Assembly: GCA_052055015.1 (NCBI GenBank)
Contig: JBQJIT010000007.1
Length of the DNA stretch: 64,000 nucleotides
Origin: Malassezia furfur
Taxonomy: Eukaryota
Reading direction: 5' to 3' (one strand)
A model generated the notes under the pieces. That model was not told the DNA's origin. It searched no databases and was given only the letters and a program-made list of their open reading frames with translations. Position 1 is the first letter of the stretch. Each line of letters begins with the position of its first letter. Made by a program: the position numbers and the translations under genes. Positions 35,006 through 47,528 of the stretch are shown here, piece after piece.

Positions 35006-36378
35006 TCGGTTCCTGTACATTCCCAAAACGCGAGCAAGTCGGGACTCGTGTGGTCCGGCGGGCTCGTGTCCGGCAGCGCTCGCTGCCAGTCGATCCATTC
35101 TCCGTACCAATTTCGTGGCCGCGAACGCGTCGCGAAACACTCGGCCCACGACCACGGCGGCACGGGCAACACCATCTCGGCAGGTGGCGCAGCATCGACA
35201 GGGTAGTCTACCTGCCGCAGTCCGTAGCCCAGGGTGCTGGGTTCACACGCATAGCGTACCACATCTGTCCATTGCGTGTGGCGCAGCTCGGGCGCGATAT
35301 ACGCGAGAATCATACCGCGCAGCTCGGGGGGCAGACGAAGGATCGGGAAGGAGTGCACGTCCATGGGTTCCCCTGCATCGCGCGATCGGCATCCGACAAT
35401 GCGCGCGACGGGAAGCAGTCGTGTGGCGGCTTTGCGACACGCCGCACGATTCTGCTCGTTCGCCTCGAGCTGGTTGCTCAGCAGCGCGGACCAGTTGAAC
35501 GGGGTCAGTCGCGACGCCGCTTCCCATGCAAACGCGTACGTCGCCTCTGCGTCCGACGTGGGCACGAGCGAATCGATCCCATTCGAAAAGAGGTCGAGGA
35601 ACAGCAGCGAACGGTTCGGCGGCGAGGCATCCACTATTTCAAGGGGGAGCTCGGTATCGCACTCGTACGTGCATGCTGTGCGCGAGCCCACCACAGCGTC
35701 CACAATGATGCGAACGCCCTGCCAGCCAAACTGGTTGCCGTTTAGATGCACGCGCTCGAGGCCCCGGCTTGCCTGTGGGTCGCTGAGAAACCGCGCAATG
35801 CTTTTCGCAGCTGCAAGACACTCGGACGCGTCATCAAACGTGTTTACCGAGAGATACAGCGTCTTGAGCGTCGTGCCAGTACGGGGCAGTGCATCAAAAA
35901 ACGCCGCCAGACCGGCATCGCCCAACCGATTGGCAGTGATATTGAGCGTACGTAGCGTCGAAGTACCCACAGCCTGTGCAAAGCGGCGAATCTCGTCGAG
36001 GCGGGCTTCGGCGGGCGCGCCGCTCCCAAGCTCGTTGCCCTGCAGCTCGAGGATCGAGAGGGTTGCGTTGTTCTCCACGGCAGCTGTGAGCCCACTGCGT
36101 TCGAACGACGTAAACTGATTGGAGGAGAAGTCCACTTCGCGTATCCCGGGCTCGATCAGCACGCCACCAGCGTGCGGGATACGGTCGCTGCGATCGCCTG
36201 GCTGAAGGCGGCGCCAGTGCGCATGGGGTGTGATCTCCTCGAGGAACTTGCGGCACCCGATATCGTTGAGCTCGGCAAATGATACCGTCAGCATGCAAAC
36301 GCTGTGAGACTCCCGTGCAATGCTTGGCAGCAGCTTGTCCAGCGGCATGTCCTCAACATCGTACGACACATGGTGCAT
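34996..36378 (-). CDS. RNI-like leucine-rich-repeat protein with C-terminal F-box-like motif
   Basis: Repeats LxxLxLxxNxL ([42 protein letters not shown]) and [15 protein letters not shown]. Confidence 0.75.
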   Translation of the reverse strand: MHHVSYDVEDMPLDKLLPSIARESHSVCMLTVSFAELNDIGCRKFLEEITPHAHWRRLQPGDRSDRIPHAGGVLIEPGIREVDFSSNQFTSFERSGLTAAVENNATLSILELQGNELGSGAPAEARLDEIRRFAQAVGTSTLRTLNITANRLGDAGLAAFFDALPRTGTTLKTLYLSVNTFDDASECLAAAKSIARFLSDPQASRGLERVHLNGNQFGWQGVRIIVDAVVGSRTACTYECDTELPLEIVDASPPNRSLLFLDLFSNGIDSLVPTSDAEATYAFAWEAASRLTPFNWSALLSNQLEANEQNRAACRKAATRLLPVARIVGCRSRDAGEPMDVHSFPILRLPPELRGMILAYIAPELRHTQWTDVVRYACEPSTLGYGLRQVDYPVDAAPPAEMVLPVPPWSWAECFATRSRPRNWYGEWIDWQRALPDTSPPDHTSPDLLAFWECTGTDHA

Positions 36379-36455
36379 GGCCTTGGACGCTCACTGCACG
36401 CAGCGCCCGTGCGCCCCACGCGCTGAGTCAGCACCGACTGGGTTTTTTCCATACC

Positions 36456-38289
36456 ATGGACAGCACGGTGGTGGGCGTGCTGGGCGGCGGCCAGCTAGGC
36501 CGCATGTTTGCTGAAGCGGCCGCGCGTCTGAATGTGACTGTGCGCTTCTTGGATGTGGGTGACAACACGCCCGCGAAGCAGATCACCAACGTGCCCGCCT
36601 CGGTGGGAGGGCCGCAGCACGTGGACGGCGCCTTCTCGGACGCGGACAAGATTGCCGAGCTTGCCAAGCAGGTCGATGTGCTCACGGTCGAAATCGAGCA
36701 TGTGGATGCGGACCAGCTTCAGGCAGTGCTCGACCAGGGCCTTGTCAAGGCGGTGCACCCGTCGCCCGCGACGATCAAGCTGATCCAGGACAAGTACCAG
36801 CAAAAGGTACATCTGCAGCGCGAAAAGGTGCCCGTGGTTGACTTTGTCGCGATCGAGAACGGAAACGTGGATGCAGCCATTGAGAAATTTGGTCTCCCGT
36901 TGATGCTCAAGTCACGCACGCAGGCCTACGACGGTCGGGGCAACTACGTACTCCGCTCCAAGGACGACGTCCCCGCGGCGCTCGAGGCGCTCGGCGGCGG
37001 CAAGCGCGAGTTGTATGCAGAGAAGTGGGCGCCGTTTGACAAGGAGGTGGCTGTGATGGTGGTGCGCAGCGTCGAGGGCCAGGTCGTGGCGTACACGGCC
37101 GTGGAGACGATCCACGAGAACAGCATCTGCCACCGCGTCTATGCACCGTTGCGCGATGCAATTCCGGGTCTCGATGAGCGTGCGCGTGAGGTCGCGGAGC
37201 GTGCCATTGCCACGTTCAGTGGTGCGGGTATTTTTGGCGTCGAGCTTTTCTTGATGCCCGACGGGGAACTGCTCATCAATGAGATTGCGCCGCGACCGCA
37301 CAACAGCGGGCACTACACGCAGGAGGCATCGGACACGACGCAGTTTGAGAATCATCTGCGCGCCGTCGTCGGCCTGCCGCTCGGCAGCACGGCACTCAAA
37401 GTGCCTGCGGCGGCGATGATCAACATCCTGGGTCTCGCCGACCTGAGCAAGGACGGTGACGCGATCGCCAAGACGCTGGCGATGGCCAAGCGTAGCCTGA
37501 GTGTGCCAGGCACGACGGTGCATCTGTACGGAAAGGAAGGATGCCGTCCCGGCCGCAAGATGGGCCATATCAACATCGTGGGCGAGTCGGACGCCGAAGT
37601 TGCCGAGCGTGTGCAGTTGCTGCTGGACGAGCTAGAGATTGCCAAGGAGTCGGCCAAAGCCGGCACGCCCTGGGACACCGCGGCCGCCGAGGCCCGCGCA
37701 CAGGCGACGCGCACTGCCGGTGGTTACGCGTCGAGCGACTTTTCACACCCGCATCCTCTCGTGGGAGTGATCATGGGCTCTGACAGCGACTTGCCGGTGA
37801 TGCTGCCAGCCGCCCAGATCCTGAAGCAGTTCAATGTGCCGTTTGAGCTGACGATTGTGAGTGCACACCGCACACCGGATCGGATGAAGACGTACGCAAA
37901 CGACGCGCGGGCCCGTGGGCTGCGTGTGATCATCGCTGGTGCAGGTGGTGCGGCGCACCTGCCCGGCATGGTGGCGGCACAAACGCCCCTGCCAGTAATT
38001 GGCGTGCCTGTGAAAGGCAGTACGCTTGACGGCGTCGACTCACTGCACAGTATCGTGCAGATGCCGGTACGTATAACCTACTAACTTCTAGCGTGGTGTA
38101 CCTGTCGCGAGCGTGGCGATTAACAACGGCATGAATGCCGGGTTGCTCGCCGTGCGCATGCTCGGAACCGGCATTCCTACATACATGGACAAGCTGGAGG
38201 CATACCAGCGCGAGATGGAGCGTGGTGTCCTGGACAAGGTCGACCGCCTGCGCACGCAGGGGTGGGACTACCAGGTGCCTGGCAAGTAG
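36456..38289 (+). CDS. ADE2: Phosphoribosylaminoimidazole carboxylase (PurK-PurE fusion)
   Basis: Motifs [36 protein letters not shown] and [13 protein letters not shown]; 25-nt intron 38067-38091. Confidence 0.97.
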
Positions 38290-38394
38290 GCCTGCCCCGG
38301 ATTGATCCGCCCACCTCCACGTGATTTTTTTGACAGGCGACGTAACGCGCGTTCGGCCGTGCGCAAGTTTTTTTTTCCCATTCTTCTTGCCAAA

Positions 38395-40105
38395 ATGTCC
38401 GCCCAGAACCGGTTGAAAGCCGTGGCATCGCACCTTTCCGATAGCAAGCCGGAAGAGTATGACTATGTGATCGTTGGTGGCGGCACGGCCGGATGCGTGC
38501 TGGCCAACCGTCTAACCGAGGACAGCGGCGTGACCGTCGCCGTCATCGAGGGCGGCAAGTCAGACGAGGACGAGGACCGGTATGTGGAGTATGGGCTAAC
38601 TCAGCGTCCTGAACCTGCGCCGCTGGCTTGAGCTGCTCGGAAGCGAGCTTGACTATGACTACACCATCACTGAGCAACCGCGGGGCAACTCGCACATCCA
38701 CCACTCGCGCGCCAAGGTGCTGGGCGGCTGCTCGTCGCACAACACCCTGATCTCCTTCTTCCCCTTCAATGAGGACCTGAACATCTGGCGTGACCACCAC
38801 GGATGCCCCGACTGGGGTGCAGGCACGCTTCAGCCGTACGGCTCGCGTCTGAAGATGAACGTGACGCCGATCGCGCCGCAGCAGCGCAACCATGTCGTGT
38901 GGGACTGGGTCGAGGCGTGCCAGACGGCGACGGGTGCGCCCATCATGGAGGACATGAATTCCCAGATCGTGTACCGTGGCGGCTTTGACAAGGCGGTGGG
39001 CTTCTTCAACATCTCGTACAACCCGTACAATGGCTACCGCAGTAGTGCGAGCACGGCGTACATGCACCCGATCATGAAGAACGGGTCGATGCCGCGCAAG
39101 AACCTGCACCTCTTCCTCGAGACGTGGGTGAACTGCCTCGAGTTTGATGCCGAGGACCCCAAGCGCGTGCGTGGCGTGTTTGCCGAGTCCAAGGACGGTC
39201 ACCGCAAGGTGATCCGTGCGCGCCGCGAGGTGATCCTCGCGGCCGGTGCGTTCGACACGCCGCGGCTGATGCTGCTATCGGGCATTGGTCCGCGCGCCGA
39301 TTTGGAGCGCGCCGGCATCCCCTGCCGGCACGATCTGCCGGGTGTGGGTGCGAACCTGAACGACCACCCCGAGACGATCATTATTTGGGAGACGGCTGAG
39401 ACCCCACAGGAGACGGTCATGGCGTCTGATGCCGGTCTTTTCCTGCGTGTCTTGCCGCAGGATGCGGAGCCCGTGCCGCACCCTGGTCCGGACCTGATGT
39501 TCCACATCTACCAGGTGCCGTTTGTGGAGAATACGGAGCGCCATGGCTACGATGTGCCGAAGCACGCGATTTGTATGACGCCCAACGCGATGCGCTCGCG
39601 CGGCCGCGGCAAGGTGTGGCTTGAGAGCAACGACCCCCGCGCCAAGCCGCACATCGACTTCCGCTACTTCCAGGACTCGGACAACTACGACGAGCGCCTG
39701 TTTGTGGAGGGCATCAAGATTGCGCGCAAGGTGGCGCAGCAGCAGCCGTTCGCCAAGCACCTCCTGCGCGAGGTGGCGCCCGGCCCTGCGTGCCAGACGG
39801 ACGAGGAGATTTCGGAATACGCGCGCAAGGTGGCGCACACTGTGTACCACCCCGCGGGCACGTGCCGGATGGGCACGCCGCCAAGCTATGGCAAGGGCAA
39901 CGCGGACGCCGACACGGTGGTCGTGGACCAAAAGGACCTGAGTGTTGTGGGCCTGACGGGCCTGCGTGTGTGTGACGCGAGTGTTCTGCCGACGATCCCG
40001 TCGGTGAATCCGATGTTGACGATTCTCATGATCGCCGAGCGCGGCGCGGAGCTGATCCGCAAGGATGGATGGGAGCGCGAGAAGCGCAAGCCGTTCCGTC
40101 CGTAG
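38395..40105 (+). CDS. Choline oxidase-type GMC oxidoreductase with PTS2 signal
   Basis: [18 protein letters not shown] (His at the covalent-FAD position of choline oxidase), TVYHP and VNP; 25-nt intron 38580-38604; N-terminal RLKAVASHL. Confidence 0.88.
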
Positions 40106-40120
40106 CGAGTCTATTTACAA

Positions 40121-42955
40121 TTACACTTTACGCCACACTTCGGAGCCGAATGTGAGCAGCAGATTGAATGCGTCGTCGCGGTGCGTCATGTTTTGGAACT
40201 GGAGCGAGCCGCGGTTGCGCAGCGACACCTTGAGCCCGTTGCTGCTCCACAGCCAAAGCCGCAGTGAATGCGTCTTGCGCAGACCGACAATGTCGTCGAG
40301 GCGCGTCAGGTAGTGCTTGCCGGAGCCGACAATGTGCAGCGGGCTAAAGTAGAGGTGCGTCGGCGTGATGATCAGGTGGCCGGGCATGCCGTGGTGTTGG
40401 CACAAAAAGCTGCCGAGGCGCTTGTTGCTCAGCGGCCGCTTGTCATGCACGGGCGACGCGTCCAGCTCCTCGCGGCGCACCTCGTGCATGTGCGACGGCG
40501 AGAGCGGCTCGTCGTAGGCATGCTTGCCCGGCTCGCCGGCGCTGGCATCGGTTGTCTGGTACTGCTGCAACCAGTTCTGCTGGCGCTGGTGGCGCTCGCG
40601 CAGCAGCTGCACGGCGTATTGCGCGTCGGTGGGCGAGCCAAGCACGAGCCACCAGAGCGGGTTGAGTGGGCGGCGGTAGCGCGGGTAGTGCGCCTGGAGC
40701 GGCATCAACGCAAAGAAGGTGAAGCCCAGCAGAAACATGAACGACTTGAACACAACATGCGCGGAGCACACCATTGTGAACGCGGTCAGCGCCGAGAGCA
40801 TCGCCACCGTGCTGCGGCTCGCGCGCGGGTTGCGCCACAGCAGGATGTTTTTCACCTTTTCGTGGAAGTCGGCAATGTCGCCCGTCATCACCTGGCTCGC
40901 GATGCCGTACGTATTCTGCCAGCGCTTGTAAATGTCGAGGATGTCGAGACGGCTGCGGCGCTTCAGCCGCTCGGCAAGACGGTTCGCGTCCATGCCACGC
41001 TGCATGCGCTGCTGCACCTTTTGGTGTAGGTACGACTCGTCCGGCGGCATGTAGCGGAACTGCAGCACGTAGTACAGCAGCATCGCAAAGAATGCCGTAG
41101 GCAACATGTCGGTGTACCACAGCACGAAGTAGATCATTGCCGCTCCGGCAGTCCGTCGCGGGTTCTCCCAGCAGTAGAGATCACGCAGGCGGTGGATGAG
41201 CTGCTCCCAGAAGGGCGCAATGATGTACAGGCGCTCCAGATGCGACCGCGCGCGCGACTCGCGGTACTCGGTGATCGGCGCCTCGTCCAAATCGTTCGGC
41301 GCATACTGCTCAATGATCGCGAGAATGTACGCGATACAGAACGCCAAGCCGTCCACACGGTCTTCGCGCAGGCCGCGCTCGGCCCGCGGGCGCTTGCGCC
41401 GCTTCGGTTCGGGCAGCACATTGCTCGCGCTCTCGTACGCGTCCGTGTCGTCGTTGGTCGAGTACATGTGGTGCGGTGTGTCGCTTGCCGACTCCTCGGT
41501 GGTGTGGCGCGGCAACGCCGGCGCAATCACTGGCGAGTTGGGACACATTTCGTGCACCAGCTCTGCGCGGCCATTGTCTTCGGAGTCACCACAAAAGACG
41601 GCGTACCCAGACGTGCCCTTGGACGGCAGCACGCACGCCGTCGTCTTGGCGAGGCGGTCTGGGCCGCCCGGCTCCGTGCCCTGCTCGGGAACCGCATTCG
41701 GCAGCCCCTCAGGCTGCAGCTGCTGCAGGCCACGGTCGATGTGCATAAGCAGGCGCGAGCGTCGGTGTGGGTCGGCGTGGGAGGCAGTGGCATCGTCGTC
41801 GCCCTGCTCCTCGTCCTCGTCAGAGGAGTAGGCAAAGTCGCTCCACTGCGGCATGCGCGCAAAGTGCTGCGTATTGCCCAACAGCCGCACCTCGCGCGTG
41901 TGCCGCCCAAAGTTTTGCAGAAACATGTTGATTTCCACCTCGTCGAGCTCCTGCAGCTTCTTGCTGAGCGAGCGCGAGCCCGGCGCACTGGGATGGAACT
42001 CGGGCGCACCGTTGTCCGCCGACGCGATCGGCGTCTCGGCGGCGCTGATCAAGTTCCACGTCTCGTCCTCTTTGGGCGGCGGCGCCTCAGGCGCCTTGGC
42101 GTGCTTACTCTTGCGGTGCCGCGAAAAAGGATGGCTCAGCGGCGTGCCCGCGTGCCAGTGCCGCTTTTTGCTAGCGCGATGCGTGGGGTAGGAGAAGTAG
42201 TCGTCCTTGGCACCCGTATGGTCGTCCTTGGCACCCGCATGCGCCTCGTCACCGGCTTCGGGCGTGGTTTCAATCTCCACCTCAGACTCGATGAACGGGA
42301 ACTCGGTGTCGGTGCGCTGGCTCTCGGACGCCGACGCGTGCTCCTCGCGCAGGTGCTGCAGAAAGTGAGGGTGATGCAGGTGATGAGGCTGGTGCGGATT
42401 GCCACCCAGATGCAAGCCCTCCCACGTCCAGCCGGACAAAAACGGAATGTTCTGCGTCAAGAACGAGAACCATGACTCATTTTCTTCATCGTCATCGTCG
42501 TCATTGTCGCCAGGAAACTGCCCCGGCGCCTGCGGCTCGTCCCAGCCCCGTGGCGGTTTTTCGCGCGCGGGCGACACGGGCGCCGAGATCGCATTGCGTT
42601 CTGCCGCGGGCACTTCAAGCCCGACTGGATGCGCGGGCATCGTCGGCGACGACACTAGCGGCGTCTGTGGTAGCGACCGCTCTGTGTGCAACGGTGCACG
42701 GGTGTTCGATGAAAGTCGCTGCGTCAGTTCATCGGGGCGCAGCATATGCGACCGCGGCTGGGTCGACTCGGACGGCGTCGCAAGGCCGCTGCGTATGAGT
42801 GCCCTAGCATGTAGCGAGCGCTCGTGGGGCCGCTCGGTATCGAGCGAGGGCGGCACAGACGTGCTGGGACGCTTGTGGAGCCGCTGGTTCAACGTGTCTA
42901 CAAACGACTTGATGCTCTTGCGCCGCGCCGATCGCGGCTGCGGGAGTGTGTCCAT
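40121..42955 (-). CDS. Membrane protein with TM hairpin region and C-terminal GRAM/PH-like domain (GRAMD4-like)
   Basis: WENPRRT...YFVLW and EKVKNILLWRNP TM blocks; C-terminal PGHLIITPTHLYF...RDDAFNLL; long disordered N-terminus. Confidence 0.7.
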   Translation of the reverse strand: MDTLPQPRSARRKSIKSFVDTLNQRLHKRPSTSVPPSLDTERPHERSLHARALIRSGLATPSESTQPRSHMLRPDELTQRLSSNTRAPLHTERSLPQTPLVSSPTMPAHPVGLEVPAAERNAISAPVSPAREKPPRGWDEPQAPGQFPGDNDDDDDEENESWFSFLTQNIPFLSGWTWEGLHLGGNPHQPHHLHHPHFLQHLREEHASASESQRTDTEFPFIESEVEIETTPEAGDEAHAGAKDDHTGAKDDYFSYPTHRASKKRHWHAGTPLSHPFSRHRKSKHAKAPEAPPPKEDETWNLISAAETPIASADNGAPEFHPSAPGSRSLSKKLQELDEVEINMFLQNFGRHTREVRLLGNTQHFARMPQWSDFAYSSDEDEEQGDDDATASHADPHRRSRLLMHIDRGLQQLQPEGLPNAVPEQGTEPGGPDRLAKTTACVLPSKGTSGYAVFCGDSEDNGRAELVHEMCPNSPVIAPALPRHTTEESASDTPHHMYSTNDDTDAYESASNVLPEPKRRKRPRAERGLREDRVDGLAFCIAYILAIIEQYAPNDLDEAPITEYRESRARSHLERLYIIAPFWEQLIHRLRDLYCWENPRRTAGAAMIYFVLWYTDMLPTAFFAMLLYYVLQFRYMPPDESYLHQKVQQRMQRGMDANRLAERLKRRSRLDILDIYKRWQNTYGIASQVMTGDIADFHEKVKNILLWRNPRASRSTVAMLSALTAFTMVCSAHVVFKSFMFLLGFTFFALMPLQAHYPRYRRPLNPLWWLVLGSPTDAQYAVQLLRERHQRQQNWLQQYQTTDASAGEPGKHAYDEPLSPSHMHEVRREELDASPVHDKRPLSNKRLGSFLCQHHGMPGHLIITPTHLYFSPLHIVGSGKHYLTRLDDIVGLRKTHSLRLWLWSSNGLKVSLRNRGSLQFQNMTHRDDAFNLLLTFGSEVWRKV

Positions 42956-43608
42956 CTTGGCTCACAGCGCCTCGCTGGCACCAACAAGAGGCAGATCAAG
43001 ACGTTCTTTCCGAGAGAATCGCCAGCGTACGTGGGACCGTCAGCGTGAAAAATTGCAACGCCCGTGCGCTCAACCAGCGTGACGCGCGTGCCACATCCGG
43101 TCTGGTCCGCAATCAGGTCATGTGGTTTCTCAGCCTACGGTTTCCGCGAATCGGGTCCATAACCCATAATGATTGGCCGGAAATTCATGAGCGGCGTTCG
43201 CGCCACGCAGCGCGGCCACGCCGCCAGGGCACACGGCTAGGCTGGAGGCTGCCGCGCCCACGGCGATCACTCCGTAAGGTGCTCAAGGGCCACTTCCCCT
43301 TACCGGCACCGCACGGTACTGCCCCGTCACCGATGCATAGCACCATAGACCGTATGGGCCATCCCATTACGTACACACGCCATGCGGACGGACCCACACG
43401 TCCAATGCACTCCCCACGCTAATCGGGAGCGATCAGCGCCCGCGATCAGCATTCGCGTCCGACGCGCGCGGGGCACTGAGCCCACTGCTTTCCATCCACA
43501 TTGCAGAGCAAGGCATCGAAACACCCATACATGACACTATCTCTTTGCACAACGGTCAAAAAGTGCGATGAATGGGCCGCCATGCAGGGTCCGAGCCATA
43601 CATCGCAT

Positions 43609-44475
<867 letters not shown>

Positions 44476-44722
44476 CTACTAGGTCCCTCCACGGCACATG
44501 CACGCGCGTCCTGCGCTGGCGGTGCCGCAGCTGCTTATGTGAGCGCGCGCCGCACGCAGGTTTCTTCAACTCTCCGTTCCGCTATACCAAGTTGGTGGGT
44601 CGTCCGTGTGGCTCTTCGACATGGACGCGGAACTAGACGGATAAGGGAGGCCACTAATGCGTGCCGAGAGAGCTCGTCTCTATGCTTGGGGCTGCTTCGC
44701 TGCCTCCCGACAATTTTCTCGA

Positions 44723-45571
44723 TTAGAATGGTCGACCTGATACAGGTCGCTGGCGGTACCAGCGCTGCTCGAGCGCGTACAGCTCAGTTTGTCGCCGCGG
44801 TGTGAGACTCGGCGAGATAGCTGAGGGGTCGGGTGTTTGCTGCATCGCCGCGCATACGCGCGCAATGCGCGCCTCGCTCGCGAGCGCATACTGCACGAAC
44901 CAAGACATTGCGTCCGCATCGTGGGGAGCATGCGTCAATGGGAGGCGCGTCTGCGTGTGGGTGCTGCGGCGTGTGTGCGGATGGTGCTCTGACTGCTCAA
45001 CCGCAATGGTCTTCCGGTCGCGCTCGACGCGCACACATAGTGCGGTCTGTTGTTGAGACGCTAGTGTCCCCTGGATGTGCAACGCATAATCACTCGCGTG
45101 GCCGGGTGGCGCCGCGTACACAGTCCAAGTCGCGCGGCACTGAACGTATGGTGCATATGTGCAGATTTGCGCGGCGGCGCAGGGGTCGCGCCACCGCGCC
45201 ACGGGTGTGTGTGCGTGCAGGCGCACAAGCCAACGCATGCCCAACCGGAATGCAGCGCGTGCCCATCGAGGGACGGGCGTGTCAGTGGGCTGCGGTACAT
45301 CGTGCTCCGTATCTGGGACGTCCTCATGACGGTCTATATGCCGTGCGAGTGCCCACCGTCCTGGTCGGATGCGCACGTACGTGCCTGGTCCCCCTGACGC
45401 GTCGCGTTGGGCGACGGTGAGAATGTGGTGCGCGTCCAATACCAAGTAGCCGTCGGAGAGATCGTGCCTCGTAGGTGACACGGCGTCCCATTCTGGTAGC
45501 GCCAAGCGCGTACGAACGAGGAACGCATGCGTCCACACGCCATCCGCGACCGCGGTGCCTGCACGTCGCAT
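44723..45571 (-). CDS. Hypothetical protein (possible diverged cryptic polo-box)
   Basis: 282-aa ORF filling the space between ARF1 and NBL1; family assignment is weak. Confidence 0.5.
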   Translation of the reverse strand: MRRAGTAVADGVWTHAFLVRTRLALPEWDAVSPTRHDLSDGYLVLDAHHILTVAQRDASGGPGTYVRIRPGRWALARHIDRHEDVPDTEHDVPQPTDTPVPRWARAAFRLGMRWLVRLHAHTPVARWRDPCAAAQICTYAPYVQCRATWTVYAAPPGHASDYALHIQGTLASQQQTALCVRVERDRKTIAVEQSEHHPHTRRSTHTQTRLPLTHAPHDADAMSWFVQYALASEARIARVCAAMQQTPDPSAISPSLTPRRQTELYALEQRWYRQRPVSGRPF

Positions 45572-45620
45572 GGCTCCTGGCTACGCGACATCTCACGTGA
45601 CTGGTGTTGTTGTCCTCACC

Positions 45621-45939
45621 ATGAGCAGCAAGCGTGCGCGTCCGGCGACGCGGCTGACGGAGGAGCAGATTGACGAGGTACTTGCCAACTACGACCTCGA
45701 ATGTACGTGCCGATCTCATTCCAGGTGAAAAACTGCTCACACGGCTCGAGCGCGGCGCATACCGCTGCGTCGAGGCGGCGCGTGCGCAGATGGAGGCGCG
45801 TCTGCACAAGATCCCCCAGGACGTGCGCAACGTCTCGCTCCAGACGTACTACGACATGCACGCGTCCACTGCGGGCTCTGAGCGTGGGCGCCAGCTCCCG
45901 CCGCTTGCTATGGCCAGTCTGCCGGATGCCATGGAATAA
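45621..45939 (+). CDS. NBL1: Nbl1/Borealin N-terminal-domain protein (chromosomal passenger complex)
   Basis: After the 22-nt intron 45703-45724 the protein reads VLANYDLECEKLL...RAQMEARLHKIPQDVRNVSL, matching the Borealin-N pattern (F/Y)D.E...(R/K)IP...R. Confidence 0.75.
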
Positions 45940-45952
45940 GGTGCCTACGAAC

Positions 45953-47434
45953 CTAGCGCCGTGGAGGGCCTCGCTTCCGCTGCTGGGGGAACACGAGCGG
46001 GATCTTGAGGCGCCACCGCTTGACGGCATGAGACACCGCCTGTCCATCTTCCACCTCATGCTGCGTCGACTGCGATGAGGTGCATCCCAGCGAACGATAC
46101 AGTTCGCTGACCCTGCATGTGAGAGTTTGGCAACGTACCGTTGGGTCGGCACGCTGAGTTCCTGCGCGAGCTGCTGCGGTGCGACACTAAAGTTGTCCAT
46201 ATACAGCGCAAGGACCAAAATAACCGCAAACAGCTTGGTGTCGCTCGTGGCCGTCATCATCGGTCTGGGTGAGTGCGGGTACATACGCTTGGGAGCCGCG
46301 TGGCATTTCGGCGAAGCGCGACAACAAGTCGTCCAACACCACCTCCTTCTCGCGCTCAGGAAGGCGCATTTTGTGCGCCAACGTTGCGCGCGGGTCCTCG
46401 GTGCCCTTACCCAAGACGCGTGCTTGCCGACGGAAGGCAAGAAGCAGTGCCATATAGTAGCCCACCTGGACCAATTCAGCCGCCTTGGATCCCGAGCCGT
46501 CCCGCTGGGCGGTCTGCACCACTTCCCACAGCCGCGGCAGCAGCCAGGGCGAAGGGTGCGGCAAGGAGCGCAGCGCCTTGCCCAGCTCAGACTGCGACTG
46601 GCACGCAAGCAATGGCTTAGTCGAGAGCGCTTTGCGCACGGTCGGTGGCAGAATGGTGTCGAGCGCATATACCTCGGCCGGTTCCTCAGCCTCCAGATTT
46701 GCGCGCGGCAGCGCACGACTCACGTTCAACGCGGCCGCCAGCTCGTTCTCAGACGGGAGCGCACTGACCGACTCGTCGATGCCGCTGGCGACATGCTCGA
46801 GCACATCGTCCATATTCTCGGTGTTGACTTTCATACGATCCATATTGCGGGCAGCCTGCTTCTGCTTCTTGTTGCCAAACGCCTCGCCAAGGTCGCGTCG
46901 CGCACGCGAGTAGTCGAACCCAGCCTCGGCGCCACTTTCGGCCGCCATGGCACTGACGTTGGCCAACGCCTTGATCGAGCGGTTGATCGTAAAGACAGGC
47001 ACCGAGCGCAGCGTTACCTGTTTCTTCTTTTTGTCGTACACACCAAGCAGGTACTCGCCCGCATATCCGCGTGTCTCACGACGCAGGTCGGGCGGGGCCT
47101 GCGACGATGCACCCCAACCCCAGTTGCTCGACAGGTACTGGATCTTGGGTGTTTCTCCCGCAAGCAGTAGACGATCGTTCATCGAAGCACCCTTTTCTAG
47201 TTCCGAAGTATTCGATCCGTCGCTCGGCGCGTTGTACAGCGCAAAGTCGGTCGAGGATGGCTCAAACTCGGCCATCTCTGCTAGCACGGGACCGACTGGC
47301 GCATCGTCGCTCTCAACACGAAACACGACTTGTCCTTGTTCCGGCTCTGACTGCGTCTTGGCCTTCTTTTTGGATGGCTCCGCATCACCGTCTTTTGCAC
47401 GGCGTTTGGAGGAACCGTCCTTGGCGGCCGCCAT
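45953..47434 (-). CDS. RPA49: RNA polymerase I subunit A49
   Basis: Motifs YLLGVYDK, ARRDLGEAFGNKKQK and LPRANLEA..PAEVY, and C-terminal LYRSLGC...LKIPLVFP; introns 46286-46265 and 46138-46113. Confidence 0.88.
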
Positions 47435-47528
47435 GGTGCACCGAACCCAGAACGATGCGCACGCTGCTTTTTTTTGTCGCGCCCTGACTAAACAGGCCGC
47501 CTTGCCTCCACCCTTCCTGGACGACGCC

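Noticed and set aside
15085..40105. Possible peroxisomal/choline metabolic gene cluster (oxidase, PEX10, choline oxidase)
   Set aside because: The genes are dispersed among unrelated housekeeping genes over 25 kb; no evidence of clustering.
42200..42241. 21-bp tandem duplication (HAGAKDD/HTGAKDD) and other short repeats (TCAGGC at ~19051, poly-Ser, poly-Asp/Glu)
   Set aside because: Ordinary coding slippage in disordered regions; not CRISPR-like or mobile.
46947..47528. N-terminal extension of the NDUFAF7 ORF
   Set aside because: Antisense to RPA49; the mitochondrial presequence starts at 47529.
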